IMG/VR virus record: IMGVR_UViG_3300017917_004222
Span: 1 to 64,000 of that record
From: a virus
DNA: 64,000 bases
Strand: one strand, 5' to 3'
Shown: piece by piece, positions 30,641-42,600 of the stretch
Layout of the letters: every line of letters begins with the position of its first letter
Position numbering within the stretch: the stretch's first letter is position 1
Position numbers and translations under genes: made by a program
Notes under the pieces: model-generated
Told to the model about the DNA's origin: nothing
What the model saw: the letters and a program-made list of their open reading frames with translations, nothing else
Databases searched by the model: none

Positions 30641-31288
30641 TTATGTTGCCCGGGCCTGACATTGAGTCCACCAAGCCTGCAGTTCAGGAAAGGTCTCGGC
30701 CAAACTTGTACCGTGAGTTGCATCATGCTGTGTGGTCCACTGATAAAACTTGGCCTGCTGCTGACTCCAATCATGTTGCTGACCCTGACGCATCCATGCA
30801 ATGATTTGATCCAGCTGTTGAATTTCGTGTGATTGAAATCCGTGAATGCCGTCCTCGGGACGTTCAATCTGCCGTATCATCCAGGCCCAGAGATATTCCA
30901 AGTGCTCGGCATACGACTCAGGCAACATCTGCAGACTCAACCAATCAGGAGTGGATGGTGCAGATACCTGTAGCTCAATGCGCTGACTGTTGTGGTTGTG
31001 TACTCTGCGCAGTCCCAGTACTCCGGCATAGAGATTTTCAACACTGGTGACCGACAACACTTGCAAGTCTACTGCAATGGTCAACCGGGTGTGATTGTCA
31101 GTGCTGAGATACTGGTTGATTCTATCCCATACTAGATAAAAGTCAAGTCCGGGCTGTATATACTCGGCCTGCTGGGCCCATGCCGGCAGTGATATCACAG
31201 GTGCGTGAATCACTGGCGAGTCAACAAACTGTTGCCATTGAGCCTCGGGCATGCAGAAATCAATCAATCCCGGCATGGCGGCAATCAC
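30641..31288 (-). CDS. hypothetical (resembles C-terminal parts of phage radical-SAM-like proteins)
   Basis: ends LAETFPELQAWW; no CxxxCxxC. Confidence 0.55.
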   Translation of the reverse strand: MIAAMPGLIDFCMPEAQWQQFVDSPVIHAPVISLPAWAQQAEYIQPGLDFYLVWDRINQYLSTDNHTRLTIAVDLQVLSVTSVENLYAGVLGLRRVHNHNSQRIELQVSAPSTPDWLSLQMLPESYAEHLEYLWAWMIRQIERPEDGIHGFQSHEIQQLDQIIAWMRQGQQHDWSQQQAKFYQWTTQHDATHGTSLAETFPELQAWWTQCQARAT

Positions 31289-32136
31289 ACAGTATCGGAA
31301 TCTTGCCTGACCATGACGCCACGATTGCGCCAGTCACTGCGATAGTGAAATTTGAAGAAAGCCGACTGCTCGTTTTCAAGTATGGCCATGGGCAGGTCTA
31401 ACTGGGCACCCAATTCTGGGCCCAGCTTGTTAGACAACAGCCGTGGCTCGCTATGTTCAACAGTTTGCCAGAGATTGCACACTGCATCGTGGTCATGCAC
31501 TTGTGCATGATCCCAGTTGGTGAGCATGGTCATGTATGTGCCTTGCCTTGCACCAGCCATGGCCCATTCTCCGTTCTCTACGTCGGCGCCGATGTTGTGC
31601 CATATGGTCAGGTGGTCCAGGTTACGCAACACCTGCGTCTTGAACTCGTCCACTGTGGGGCGACGGCCCTGCATCAAACACAACTCAACTCCGGCCACAA
31701 ACCCTGCATGCCATGCCTGGCGTGGTGTGCTGTTGGGGTATCGTGTGCCAAGGCAGTCGTGCATGAGCCAACTGTGCTTGGTGTTGGGAGTGCCAGATTT
31801 TGCACTGTTGCGGGTGTATGAGCTGATGCCTGTGGTGGCAATCACACCATTGACATGATTGCGAGAGTTCCAATGCAGTGCCACGTCGTGATCAGGCAAG
31901 GTCAGAGTTTGCGAGAACATCGTGGGATCGGGAACACAGTCGCTGCTGATCAATAAAAACCGTTCAGTTGAACTGGCATCAGCTGCGGCTGCGATAGCGT
32001 CAGCCCCGGTGCCTACGGCGTTGACCAACAGTGCTTGGGGCACTATGTTTTTGATTTTGGCCCAGACATCGGGTGAGATATCACTGTGTCCGGCCAAGAC
32101 CACACAGTCCATGATCGATATGTCAATTTTTTTCAT
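31285..32136 (-). CDS. degenerate glycosyltransferase-like protein
   Basis: STERFLLISSD..WNSRNHVNG..AWHAGF..GVEL; DxD eroded. Confidence 0.55.
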   Translation of the reverse strand: MKKIDISIMDCVVLAGHSDISPDVWAKIKNIVPQALLVNAVGTGADAIAAAADASSTERFLLISSDCVPDPTMFSQTLTLPDHDVALHWNSRNHVNGVIATTGISSYTRNSAKSGTPNTKHSWLMHDCLGTRYPNSTPRQAWHAGFVAGVELCLMQGRRPTVDEFKTQVLRNLDHLTIWHNIGADVENGEWAMAGARQGTYMTMLTNWDHAQVHDHDAVCNLWQTVEHSEPRLLSNKLGPELGAQLDLPMAILENEQSAFFKFHYRSDWRNRGVMVRQDSDTV

Positions 32137-32167
32137 AGTTCATTTTAACAAAAACACAGGCAAAAGT

Positions 32168-32188
32168 AAAGGGCCCACGGGCCCTTTA
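32168..32188 (-). terminator. probable terminator after fibre genes
   Basis: AAAGGGCCC/GGGCCCTTT hairpin, T-rich on the - strand. Confidence 0.6.
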
Positions 32189-32205
32189 GATTGAAGCGCA
32201 CCAAT

Positions 32206-33906
32206 TTAGAGAGTCGCAACTGGCGGTGGTGGCGACATCACTATTTGAGAATCACTTGCAACTGCAATCAGTTGTCCGCCTCCCCAGACTATCTCATTCA
32301 GATTAGAAGCGGTGTTACTGGTTACCGAGCTCCATGTAATTCCATCTGTGCTAGTAATTATGGTACCGCCTGTGCCCACAGCGTAAAATGCTGTGTTGGA
32401 CCATACCACCGAATACAACGGGGCAACCACGCCGCTGGTGCGGGAAGTCCAAGTTATACCATCGGTGCTACTGCGAATAGTTCCAGTATCGCCAGTGGCA
32501 ACAAACGTATTACCTGATGCAGCTACCGCCCAGAATGTAGTGGATCCTGCACTTCTAGCCGTCCAAGTAACTGCGTCGGGACTGGTGCGAACTGCCCCAC
32601 TGTTGCCCACAACAACGTACTGACCGTTGGCAAAGACTACCCCTCTCAATGCCGATGTGGTGCCGCTAGACTGAGTGGTCCAAGTAATTCCGTCGGCGCT
32701 AGTTAGTATGGTTCCACTATTACCCACTGCCACAAAAATACTACCAGTCCAAGTCACAGCATTAAGAACGTTTGATGTGCCACTGGTTCTAGCAGTCCAA
32801 GTAATTCCGTCAGCGCTGGTTAGTATGGTTCCAGATCCGCCGACGACAACAAATACACTGCCCGACCATGCCGCACCATTCAAGACTTGTATTGTTCCGC
32901 TTGATCTCGAAGTCCACTCAAACCCACCTTGGCTGGTAACAATAGTACCTTCGGCACCTATTACAATATATTGGTTATTCCCATACCCAATACCAGTCAA
33001 CGTGAGGGTCGACCCTGTGACTCTCGATACCCAGGTCGCACCGTCTGTGCTAGTTGCCAAAGCTGGCAAGCCACCAAAGTACAGAAACCTATTGTTGGCC
33101 CATATTACTCCATTGATATCATTAGAGGTTCCGCTTGTCCTTGATGTCCACGGCCCTGCAGCGCTGGTGGCTGTAAACAGTGACCCAGTAATGCCTACTG
33201 CCACAAAAGTGGAGCCACTCCAGGCTATGTTGTTGAGCTGGCTTCCGATCCCACTAGTCTGCACAGCCCAAGTTACCCCGTCGCTAGAGGTTACTACCGC
33301 ACCCCCAGAACCCACAGCAACGTAGAGGCTACCCGTTGCAGTGATACCAAATAAATTGCTTGCAGTACCACTGGTTCTTGATGTCCAAGTAACACCATCT
33401 GGACTAGTAAGAATTGTGCCGGTGTTTCCTACTGCGACGTATTGGCCAGCAGAATAAACAATATCACGTAACAACACTGTTGTTCCGCTTGATCGAACAG
33501 TCCATGATGCTCCGTCAGAACTGGAAATGATTGTACCAGTTGCCCCAACTGCAACAAATCCTGTACCCGATGTTGCTACACGGTTGAGTGCGTTTGCAGT
33601 GCCGCTGGTCTGGAGGGTCCATACGTATCCGTTGGTGCTGGTAACAACTGTTCCACTTGCACCAACTGCAACAAATCTGCTGTTGCCCCATGTAACTCCA
33701 AATAGGTTAGAACTGGTTCCGCTGCTGCGTGTGACCCAAGTAACCCCATCGGTGCTGGCAATGATAGATCCAGAGAATCCAACTGCAATATATTGACTGC
33801 CGTCCCATGTTCCGTAGCCAAAAGCATTCGGCCGACTGAGTCGCTGCCCCCAGAGTTGGCCAGGGGCTTGCGACGATGCACTTAACACAATGCTACCAAT
33901 ACTCAT
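32206..33906 (-). CDS. BNR/Asp-box beta-propeller repeat protein (putative receptor-binding)
   Basis: about 14 repeats of 39 aa WTxRTSGT..L..V.W....FVAVG..GTI.TS.DG. Confidence 0.85.
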   Translation of the reverse strand: MSIGSIVLSASSQAPGQLWGQRLSRPNAFGYGTWDGSQYIAVGFSGSIIASTDGVTWVTRSSGTSSNLFGVTWGNSRFVAVGASGTVVTSTNGYVWTLQTSGTANALNRVATSGTGFVAVGATGTIISSSDGASWTVRSSGTTVLLRDIVYSAGQYVAVGNTGTILTSPDGVTWTSRTSGTASNLFGITATGSLYVAVGSGGAVVTSSDGVTWAVQTSGIGSQLNNIAWSGSTFVAVGITGSLFTATSAAGPWTSRTSGTSNDINGVIWANNRFLYFGGLPALATSTDGATWVSRVTGSTLTLTGIGYGNNQYIVIGAEGTIVTSQGGFEWTSRSSGTIQVLNGAAWSGSVFVVVGGSGTILTSADGITWTARTSGTSNVLNAVTWTGSIFVAVGNSGTILTSADGITWTTQSSGTTSALRGVVFANGQYVVVGNSGAVRTSPDAVTWTARSAGSTTFWAVAASGNTFVATGDTGTIRSSTDGITWTSRTSGVVAPLYSVVWSNTAFYAVGTGGTIITSTDGITWSSVTSNTASNLNEIVWGGGQLIAVASDSQIVMSPPPPVATL

Positions 33907-35831
33907 TTAACATCTCTTCCCAGTAGAAGTCCAGTCCAGGTGGTACCACCATCATATGTAAAGAATCCCAATACATCGCGCCCTGACGCTGTGAGTGCAG
34001 GTACTACTCCGCTGGGCCACTTCACCCCGCTCCACCAGGTAATAGCTGCACTACCGCCGTTGGTTAGATCTAGAATAAAGCTCACTGCAGTGCCAGTAGT
34101 GGGCACATTACTCACTGTCAGCGTCGTTGAACCACTGATAGTGCGAGAAAAATAGTTACCAGTCGCTAGGTCAATGTTGCTTGCTGGAACTGCAACACTG
34201 GTCTCGCGTGTGCCTATCAACCTAGGCGTAGTAAGCACGCCAGAAGTTGCTGCGGCAGCGCCAATTTCGCTCAACGACCAGGCCACGTTGGCCGATCCAT
34301 CAACGCTCTTGCCTGTAGATCCCAGAGTAATTGTTCTGGCGGTTCCCCAGGTAGCAGTAGTGATGTTGGCAGTACCGTTAAATGCAGTACCATTGATATT
34401 TCTAGCAGTGGTTAGACTTGCTGCAGATCCAGTAGTGTTGATGCCGAGCGTACCAGTTACATTGGCTCCTGGCACCGAAGTTAGGCCTGCGCCGCTGCCG
34501 TTGTATTGTGCAGCATACACTTGGTTGAAGTAACTGGATACTGATCCAATGTTGCCCACTGCGTTGGTTCCAGTTTTTGCAATGGATCCGGTGGCCAAGT
34601 TGGCATACAGTGTGGTAGCGTCCACAACAACCACGTTGGCGGTACCAGCCACCTGCATGGCGATGTTGCCGCCTGTGGCAGCAATCTGCACGTTTGATGT
34701 GCCATTTTCAATTTTGCTTACCGAAATGGCTGCATCAAGCCCAGTTAGTTGGCTGCCGTTACCAATAAAGTACTGTGCTGAAATATTGGCTGCCGACACA
34801 ATGTTGCCTGTGGCCGACACAATACCAGCTGTGATGATGTTGCCACCCGACACGTTGCCAACAACGTTGGCGATGCCACTGACGCTTAGGTTTGCGCCTG
34901 CTAGGTTTGCAGTGGTGGTGATGTTGCCTGTGGCCGATACAATACCAGCGGTGGTGATGTTGCCACCAGTTACGTTGCCTGTTGCAACCACACGTCCAGC
35001 GGTGACCAAGTTGCCACCTGACACGTTGCCTGTGGCCGCTACTGCACCGGCAGTGACCAAGTTGCCGCCTGACACGTTGCCTGTGGCTGTGACTGTGCCC
35101 GGTGTCGAAACATTGGCGCCAGCAATGTTGCCAGTGACGTTTAGATTGCCCAGCACGTTGCCGCTGAAGCTGGCGCCCACGCCGTTGAAGTAACTGCCGT
35201 TGACGTTGCCGGTAACAGTGATCACGTTGCCTGCGTATGTGGCGATTCCAGACATAGCCGAACTGAGTGTGACCCCAGTATACACATACGGAAAGCTGGT
35301 GCTGATTGGCGATGCTGGTGTAAACGCATCTTGACTCACAATTGCCACTCGAGCGTTATTCACATAGATCGACGTTACAAAATGCGGGGTCGCTGTGTTG
35401 TCGTTGATGGTTTCAGGGATGGCGCCTGCTGTGCCGCTGGCACTGGAATAAGCAGGACCGACCACCAAGAATGCTGCACCTGTCCAAATTTTCAACTGTT
35501 GATTGGCAGTGTCAAACCAGAGATCGCCAACCACGTTGTTGGAGGGAGCCGAGGCACCTGCAGTGGATGAGCTGATGACTTTCCACGCTGCACCTTGCCA
35601 AACTTTCATGACTGCATTTGCACTGTCCCACCACAGCTGACCAGTCAGTGGCGCAGGGGGTGCAGTGGTGTTGCTGGAATTTTCTAAGAGATGAACAAAG
35701 TTTTCGTCAAGGAATTCGCCATAGTTGGCAACGTTTTTGCCCACCAGCACCATGCTTGACGAGCTGTTGACTGTGCCGTCAGGAATGGTAGCAAAAATCG
35801 TACCGTTTGTTAGATTAATTGTATATGCCAT
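33903..35831 (-). CDS. tail fibre protein
   Basis: N-terminal LVGKN..YGE...ENF anchor, ATGNVSGGNL repeats, C-terminal fibre domain. Confidence 0.85.
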   Translation of the reverse strand: MAYTINLTNGTIFATIPDGTVNSSSSMVLVGKNVANYGEFLDENFVHLLENSSNTTAPPAPLTGQLWWDSANAVMKVWQGAAWKVISSSTAGASAPSNNVVGDLWFDTANQQLKIWTGAAFLVVGPAYSSASGTAGAIPETINDNTATPHFVTSIYVNNARVAIVSQDAFTPASPISTSFPYVYTGVTLSSAMSGIATYAGNVITVTGNVNGSYFNGVGASFSGNVLGNLNVTGNIAGANVSTPGTVTATGNVSGGNLVTAGAVAATGNVSGGNLVTAGRVVATGNVTGGNITTAGIVSATGNITTTANLAGANLSVSGIANVVGNVSGGNIITAGIVSATGNIVSAANISAQYFIGNGSQLTGLDAAISVSKIENGTSNVQIAATGGNIAMQVAGTANVVVVDATTLYANLATGSIAKTGTNAVGNIGSVSSYFNQVYAAQYNGSGAGLTSVPGANVTGTLGINTTGSAASLTTARNINGTAFNGTANITTATWGTARTITLGSTGKSVDGSANVAWSLSEIGAAAATSGVLTTPRLIGTRETSVAVPASNIDLATGNYFSRTISGSTTLTVSNVPTTGTAVSFILDLTNGGSAAITWWSGVKWPSGVVPALTASGRDVLGFFTYDGGTTWTGLLLGRDVK

Positions 35832-35851
35832 GGTATCTTACCTGTTCCTTG

Positions 35852-36457
35852 TTACACTGCATTGATGTTGCTGAGAGTTTGAATTCGTACAGTGTAATCG
35901 ATCTGAATTTGTCTGTTCAAACTCTTTTGTACCGGGTGAAACACCACATGTGTGATGAGTCTTAGGTCGTCGGGTGCCCCGTTCCAGGCCTTGAGACCCA
36001 GTTCGTCAAACACAAATTCCCCGTTGAAATCGGTACTGTTGTCAAACGCCTGTTGTCCTGCAGGTTCACCGTAGTCCAGCAAACAAGTGACCAAGACATC
36101 GCTGTACACCGTGCCAGCTGTGTGCAACACTGTGAGCTTGTTGTTTTCAGGGTCGGTATCAGCTGCTGAATTGTCGTTGACAACTTTTGCGTATGTTTGG
36201 TTGTACAAGGCAGCATTTTGCCCTGTGGTGTTGGGTGGCAAGTATGTGATCACACCAGTTGCATCCACCGAGCTGCCGCCGTTGCCAAATGCCATCTGAT
36301 AGATGTATCCCAGCTGACGATCTGCAAGGCTCTGGGCCAGCGCGATGCTCATGTTCTCATAGTGAATGGCATTGCGTTTGTCAACAAATACTTCGCCACT
36401 GTTGGGATCATGGATCTTAAGAAAACCTTCAATTTTGCACAGTCCTGACGTAATCAT
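35852..36457 (-). CDS. virion structural protein (baseplate/fibre attachment)
   Basis: FVFDELGL..LITHVVFHPVQKS; structural operon. Confidence 0.75.
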   Translation of the reverse strand: MITSGLCKIEGFLKIHDPNSGEVFVDKRNAIHYENMSIALAQSLADRQLGYIYQMAFGNGGSSVDATGVITYLPPNTTGQNAALYNQTYAKVVNDNSAADTDPENNKLTVLHTAGTVYSDVLVTCLLDYGEPAGQQAFDNSTDFNGEFVFDELGLKAWNGAPDDLRLITHVVFHPVQKSLNRQIQIDYTVRIQTLSNINAV

Positions 36458-36612
36458 CCTCGAGTCTCCACAATAGTCTTGTTTGTATTTGGATCAAAAA
36501 TTCTCATGTGAGCTTGCACACTGATTGACCCCAGTTCGTTGGGTCTGCGTGGTGCAGCCGGCTTGTTGGGCTCAGCCGGCTTTTTTTCCGAATTTGCTGG
36601 TATATTTGACAT
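36454..36612 (-). CDS. small late protein (52 aa)
   Basis: TAAATA upstream; HMRIFDPNT resembles the N-terminus of the next gene. Confidence 0.65.
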   Translation of the reverse strand: MSNIPANSEKKPAEPNKPAAPRRPNELGSISVQAHMRIFDPNTNKTIVETRG

Positions 36613-36630
36613 GGTCATTTATTTATCCGG

Positions 36631-39600
36631 TCATAAACCACGCAGAAACCTTGCTGGTGCTGTGTTGGTTTCTTGCAGCGCAACACCATTGCTGGGTGTG
36701 CTGATTCCAGGTGCATACCAAGTCACACCACGACGCTGCAGTATGGTTACTTCAACCCCAGCTGGCGGTGCTGCCAATTCAGGGCTTGCGCCCGAATCCA
36801 CAACAAATTCAACAGTGGCCGGGGTGCCCGAAGTCACATTGTAGCGATACTGGCTGACCGCCGAAGTATCGTCTTGCGCATATTGCCGGACTCCGCCTAC
36901 ATACACCTCAAGACTTCTTGCAAACTGCGAGAATGTTCCGCCAAAAGTTGCGGTGGATATATCGCTGGCCACAAACACTGTGTTAACACCATCTCCCAGT
37001 GCGGTGTTGCGCACCACATAGTCTTGGTACTCTGGTGCCAACAAGTTGCCCTGATTGATGTCAGTTACCACAGCGCCCACCGAGTGATCAGCTGCTGCTG
37101 TTCCTGCTGTGCCGCGCATGAGTCCACCAATGGTGTTGTTGACAATGTTGCGATCGCGATACATTATGCGCTCGCCGTCGATTGTGACCACACCAAAGAT
37201 GCCAGCAACAAGATCAGGTTCGGTCAACGCTGCGGCATTGTCAACAAAGATCACAGTGTCTGCTGAGGACACTGGGCGAGCAACCACAGTGGAAGTGGCG
37301 CTGGTGATTCTGTATGTTGCCTGCACTCCGCGCATGTCCTGGAAGATCCTAAACGCAATTGCTTCGGGTACCACATTCTCAGTGAACTCAGTGACCGCTA
37401 GGGTTTGAGCAATTGATATTGTGCCCGAGCTCAGGATCAGGTATTGCCCATCAATTGTGAAGTCAATACCTTCGCTGAGTCGATATCCATCCAATGTTAC
37501 CCACAAGCGGTTGGGCGACACTGTGCGGTTCAAGAAGAAGTTGTTGCTGGTTGTGACCACACCCACTTGATACGAGAACGATCCTGGGTCGCCAGTGACT
37601 GAGCCCTCGTCAAACAGTGTGGTATCGTAGCCTTGTTCAACACCCACAGTTTCAGTGACAGGTCCCCTGAACACCAGTGTGGCAATGTCTTGTTGCGCAG
37701 TATCGTTCCAGGTTGTGATTTCCACACGATCGTTAACAGACAAGATGGTGTTGATGTTCAAGAACTCGCCTGAAACATAGTAGTCGGCTTGTGTGCTCAC
37801 ACTGATGAGGACGGTTGCACCAGCTGGTGGCGCTGTAATGAACTCAACTTGTCGTCCTGGAACATTGCTTCCGTCCCAGTTTGTGACCACGTACTGTCCA
37901 GACACTGGTCCGATAGACTGCACCTGTAGCACACCGTCGACCCATACCAGCACATCGGTGGCCGAGTCAATGATTTGTTGGCTGAAGCCGCCGCGCTGGG
38001 GCAATCCAAATCTAACGGTGCTGTCGTCGCCAAACCACTCAATACATTCATAAGGGCGTAGTCGTCGACCGTTGACAGTGACCACCATGTTGGCTGGGTT
38101 GGTTCCGCCAACGTAGTTGGTCAGCTGAATGGTCTTGGACACCGCAGTGGCCGCATCAATCACAACCGACTGCACTTGCGGTGCACTCCAGCTGTACTGC
38201 ACTGGAGAAGTGGTGCCCAGTGCTGCAACAAACACACCATCTGATGGGTTGAACGTGCTGTTGAACTCGATCAGGGTCTGAGTTGTGGGCACAAAGTTAT
38301 CCCAGTAGTTGGTATCTGTGATGTCTATACCAATCGGCACATCAGCATTGGCTCGATAGTAGTCGTTGCCATTCTTGACCACGTCAAGGCGCAACCAACT
38401 CACAGTGTCTGACCACGGAGTGCTGGGGTAGTAGGCAGACCAAGTGGCTCCAGACTGGGCCAGGCCATTCACAATCACCGCCAGCTCTTGTATCTCGGCT
38501 GCATTGACTGGAATCACAACCGTTTCGGTGAACAAATCTGCACCCAAGTAGTTCTGTCTGAACAGTTCGCTACCGCCGCCCAGGCTGTAGATCTGGATGT
38601 TGATGACATCGCCATTGGTGGCGTTCAACACTGTCACGGTCTTGTTCTCGTAGTCAATGGTGTAATCGACGTCAAGTGCGAGATCCAGGCCAGTGGTTGC
38701 ATTGTAAACCAAAAGCACTACTGGGGCTGCTAGATCAACATCGCCCCAGCTGTAGGTGGGTTCTGCAGTGTCAAAAAAGTAGCGAGCGGTTTGAATTGCA
38801 AATCCGTGACCGTTGCTGGTCCAGTCGCTGCCCGGGCGAGTGTACACTCTGAAGTCCAAGGTGTCGTACTCTGAGCCGTTTACCAGTTCTTCTGGGGCAT
38901 GACCTTCGTATGGTCCCACAAACTCACCGCCTGCCACGTTGATGTCAGTTGGACGAGTTCCCAGATATTGGTCAGCAAAGCTGCTGGCGTACACTGCATC
39001 AATTGGAGTTGTGTCCATGAAGTCTGGACCAAACACCTGAACTCCGGGGTAATCGGTACCGTTGATCAGCAGTGGCAGATCCAAGCCAGGCTGATCAGCG
39101 GTTGGGTTGTAATAGCCCATGGTTCGATCCACGCCCGACAGTTCGGTTGCTGGCACCGGAACCCAGTTGTCAAGATCAAAAGTTGGTCCTTCCACTGCGG
39201 TGCTGCCATCGGTGTTTTCAGCGCGCCACACACTGTTGTTGTAACGAACCAATGTGCCGTTTTCATAAGTGACGTTGGGTTGCCACTCTTGGATCTGGCT
39301 CTGATATTCGTAGCGGTCAAATTTGATCACAGTCTTGATGCTGCGAACCACTGGATTCAGCATGACTGGGTATGCAGTGGCTCCTTGGCCGTTGCCGCCA
39401 GTGATGGTGATGACCGGAGTAGTCACATAACCTGATCCTGGGTTGACCACAGAGATAGCAATCACTTGTCCGCTGCTGTTTATTGCTGCCTGCAGCAGGG
39501 CTGGTTCTACTGCATCTCCAGTGACAGTCACCGTCGGAGCAGATGTATAGCCGCTGCCACCGTTGGTCACTCGAACACTGTCCACATGCAGTGTGTAATT

Positions 39601-42600
39601 TTCAAACCACTGACTCCATGGCCACTGTGTCCAAATTGTGTCAGACGCTGCCGCGCTGCTGGGCGATGTGCCTGGCGATGCAGTAGAAGCAGTGTAAGGC
39701 AACAGTACAGGGCTTGTGAACTGCGGCACCGGCAGTGTGCGATTCCAATAGGCCGGTAGATCAAAGTCCGACATGTCGCCAGCGAACTGATCCAGACCAT
39801 TGTAGGTGAGGTTGAATTCACGCACTTGCACATGGTATGGCTTGACTTCTTGGATGTAGTCGGTCACAAACTCTTGATTGTCCTGCACATAGTTGGGGAA
39901 AGGCAGTAGTTCGCGAATTCGGTGATCCACGTCAATCAAGCTGGTCTTGACCAGCCAATCAGGTGCACGGAACTGACTCAAGATGAAATCAAACATCGAA
40001 GTCAGGCTTCGGTTGCGTTCGATCTGCAGTTCTTCCACAAACAATTCTTGGTTGATGGCTTGTAGAATCTTTCGTGTTTCCACAACTGGATCCTGGTCAA
40101 AATACTGAGAGTCAAACACATCAGCATCAAAACCAAATCGTCCAATGGAGTAATCGTACAGCACTGCCGAGATAGCAATGGTACCGTCTTGCAGTGCAAC
40201 TCGGTCCCAGCCAGTGGCCGAGCGAATATAAATCTCCCACTTGCCTTGACTGTTGGATGTGACCTTGACACTGCTGCCCACAGGTGCTTGACTCAAGCTC
40301 AGAGAGCTCAAGTTGGCGTACAATGGAACTTCAGCGGCCAACTGCGAAGATGGGTTGTATCCCACTTGATACCAGTTGATATAACTCCAGTAGTCCGAAG
40401 TCACGTAATTTTGCACCTTGGTCAGCCGCAGCTCGCGCAAGGCTGGGTTGACTTGTGTGGGGCTCACAGTGTAAATGGTCCAGCGGCCGTTGTTGTCAGC
40501 GTCGGTGCTGACCAGGTACTTGTAGCCCATGGGCACTGCATAGATGTTCTGATAAGACAGTACTTCCAAGTTTGCCACTTCAAAATCCCACTCACCAGAG
40601 CTGGCAGTGGGTTTGGGGTCGCTGCTGTTCAACAACGAAAAGTTTCGGGTTTCCGATACTGGGAACTGAGCCAGCACACGGTTCACGCGGGTTATGTAGT
40701 TCTTGAGCGCCAAGAATCGATCCGCAAACATGCTCTGACGTGGGCGGAACTGCACACCGTAACGCTGGCTGATTGGCAGATTGGGGTCTGGCACAAGGTT
40801 GCCCGAAGTATCGACGCCGCAGAAGGAGTCCAGCAACTTACGGTACAGCGACGAGCTCAAGAATGCATCTGCACGACCTTGCGCGATCAACTCATATTCA
40901 GTGTGAACGTTGGCATCAGTCAACTGCTGATCAAACTCAATGCTGATCACAGTGTCTTGCGCTTCGATGAATCGCAAACCGTTGTAGATGGCAATGGTAC
41001 TGCTGTTGATCGGTGCCACATAGGATACACCGCTGCTGCGAGGATTGGCAATGTACTGCGCCACCGCTGCGGCGCTGAGTGTTTTGCCTTGCGATGTGTC
41101 AATTGTGGTAATACCTCGGACCCAGAAGTAGTAGGTGGTCTCGAAGATTCCTTCCTGAGTCAATCTGGTACCAATAGAGTAACTCACAGTACTCAACACA
41201 GTGCCTGGTCCAGTGTAGTTGGCAGGCGGTACACTGCTGCTGATCCACTGATACACATCAACACTGGAGCCAGGGAAAATCTGTCCCCAACGTCGGCTGG
41301 CATACACAATATCATCTTGGTTAGGGTCCAGGAATCGCACGGTACTGATATCCCACCAAATCTGTCCCACTTGTGTTTGACCCCAGGGCTGGCCAATGTT
41401 GTTGACTGGGCCCACGTTGTAGCCTGCAGGATCAACTGCACCAACAAAGTCAATGTTTTCTTGTGCAGCGCCCAGCACTTTGCCTTGCAATGGATCAAAG
41501 AAATCAAAGTACTCGGTGTTGGCACCAGTCACGCGATCATACATGAATACAGAATTCAGCAGGCGAATATCAATCACTGGCTGCTGTTGGTGAATCACTG
41601 CCCATGCTGGGCGCTGTGTTTCGTTGTCAAACAGGAATGCCGAGCCATATGCTGCGGCGCTGTCGCCGGCATCGTTGCCCGGTGCACCCACGGCCAACAG
41701 ACCCGAAGTGTAGTTCACTGCTATACCAAACTGATCGTACGGAAGAACCTTGTTGTTGCCAATCTGCTGACCAAACACATAGTTTCCAACACTGGTGATT
41801 TTGCTTGCATCAGCATCAGCCAAGAAGTCGTATGTGTAAACAGCACCGCTCTGAACTTCAAGTGAGTAGAACTCGGTTCCACCGCCATCAAATGTCGTGG
41901 CCGGAACCTGCAGAGTTGCATCAAAGTCAAAAGTCACTGGCAAATACAAGGAACCGTTGGGCGCGCCCACTACTAGAGTAGAGCCAGTGTTTTCGATACT
42001 GAGACTGTGTCCAAATGCAGCATAGTCAACTGCTCTTGGGCTGAAAATGGTCTGTGCGTACACAAATACTTCAAAGCCCAGGGCTGCCCATGCAGTGCCT
42101 ACCGAGCCAGGTTGCACTCGCAACTTGTTGCGTGGTGGTACTGACTCAAGATTCACAACCGAGATGGTCAGTCGCCCATCAGCGCTGGCGCTGGCAGTGA
42201 CGTTGGGAACCTGTGCAGAGATAGCTGCCGCCAGACTTGCTACAGTGGCTGCCAGTGGTACTGCAATCTCTTGTTCGTTCACACGGATGGTGTGTCCTGC
42301 AGTCAAAACTGGGTTGGTATTCTTGCTGGTAATGGTGCCAAACACTTGTGGCTGGTTCACCATCCACTGTACTGCGCCGCCTTTGAATGCTTGCTGGCTG
42401 TTTTGCGGTGCACCAATAAACACACTGCTGCCTGCTGCCACAATTTCAACCGACTGTCCAAAGTTGGTCATCTCAGTTGAGTTGTTGACCACAGTGCCCG
42501 AGCTGTCTACGGTTTGCTGGACCAGCTCTTGCATCAGCGCGAAGCGGTTGGTTTCAATCTCAATCACATCGCCAATTTCGAGGTCAGCGTAGATTGTGAT

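Noticed and set aside
32206-35831. Diversity-generating retroelement acting on the fibre genes
   Set aside because: No reverse transcriptase and no adenine-specific TR/VR pair seen in the window; the repeats are ordinary coding repeats.
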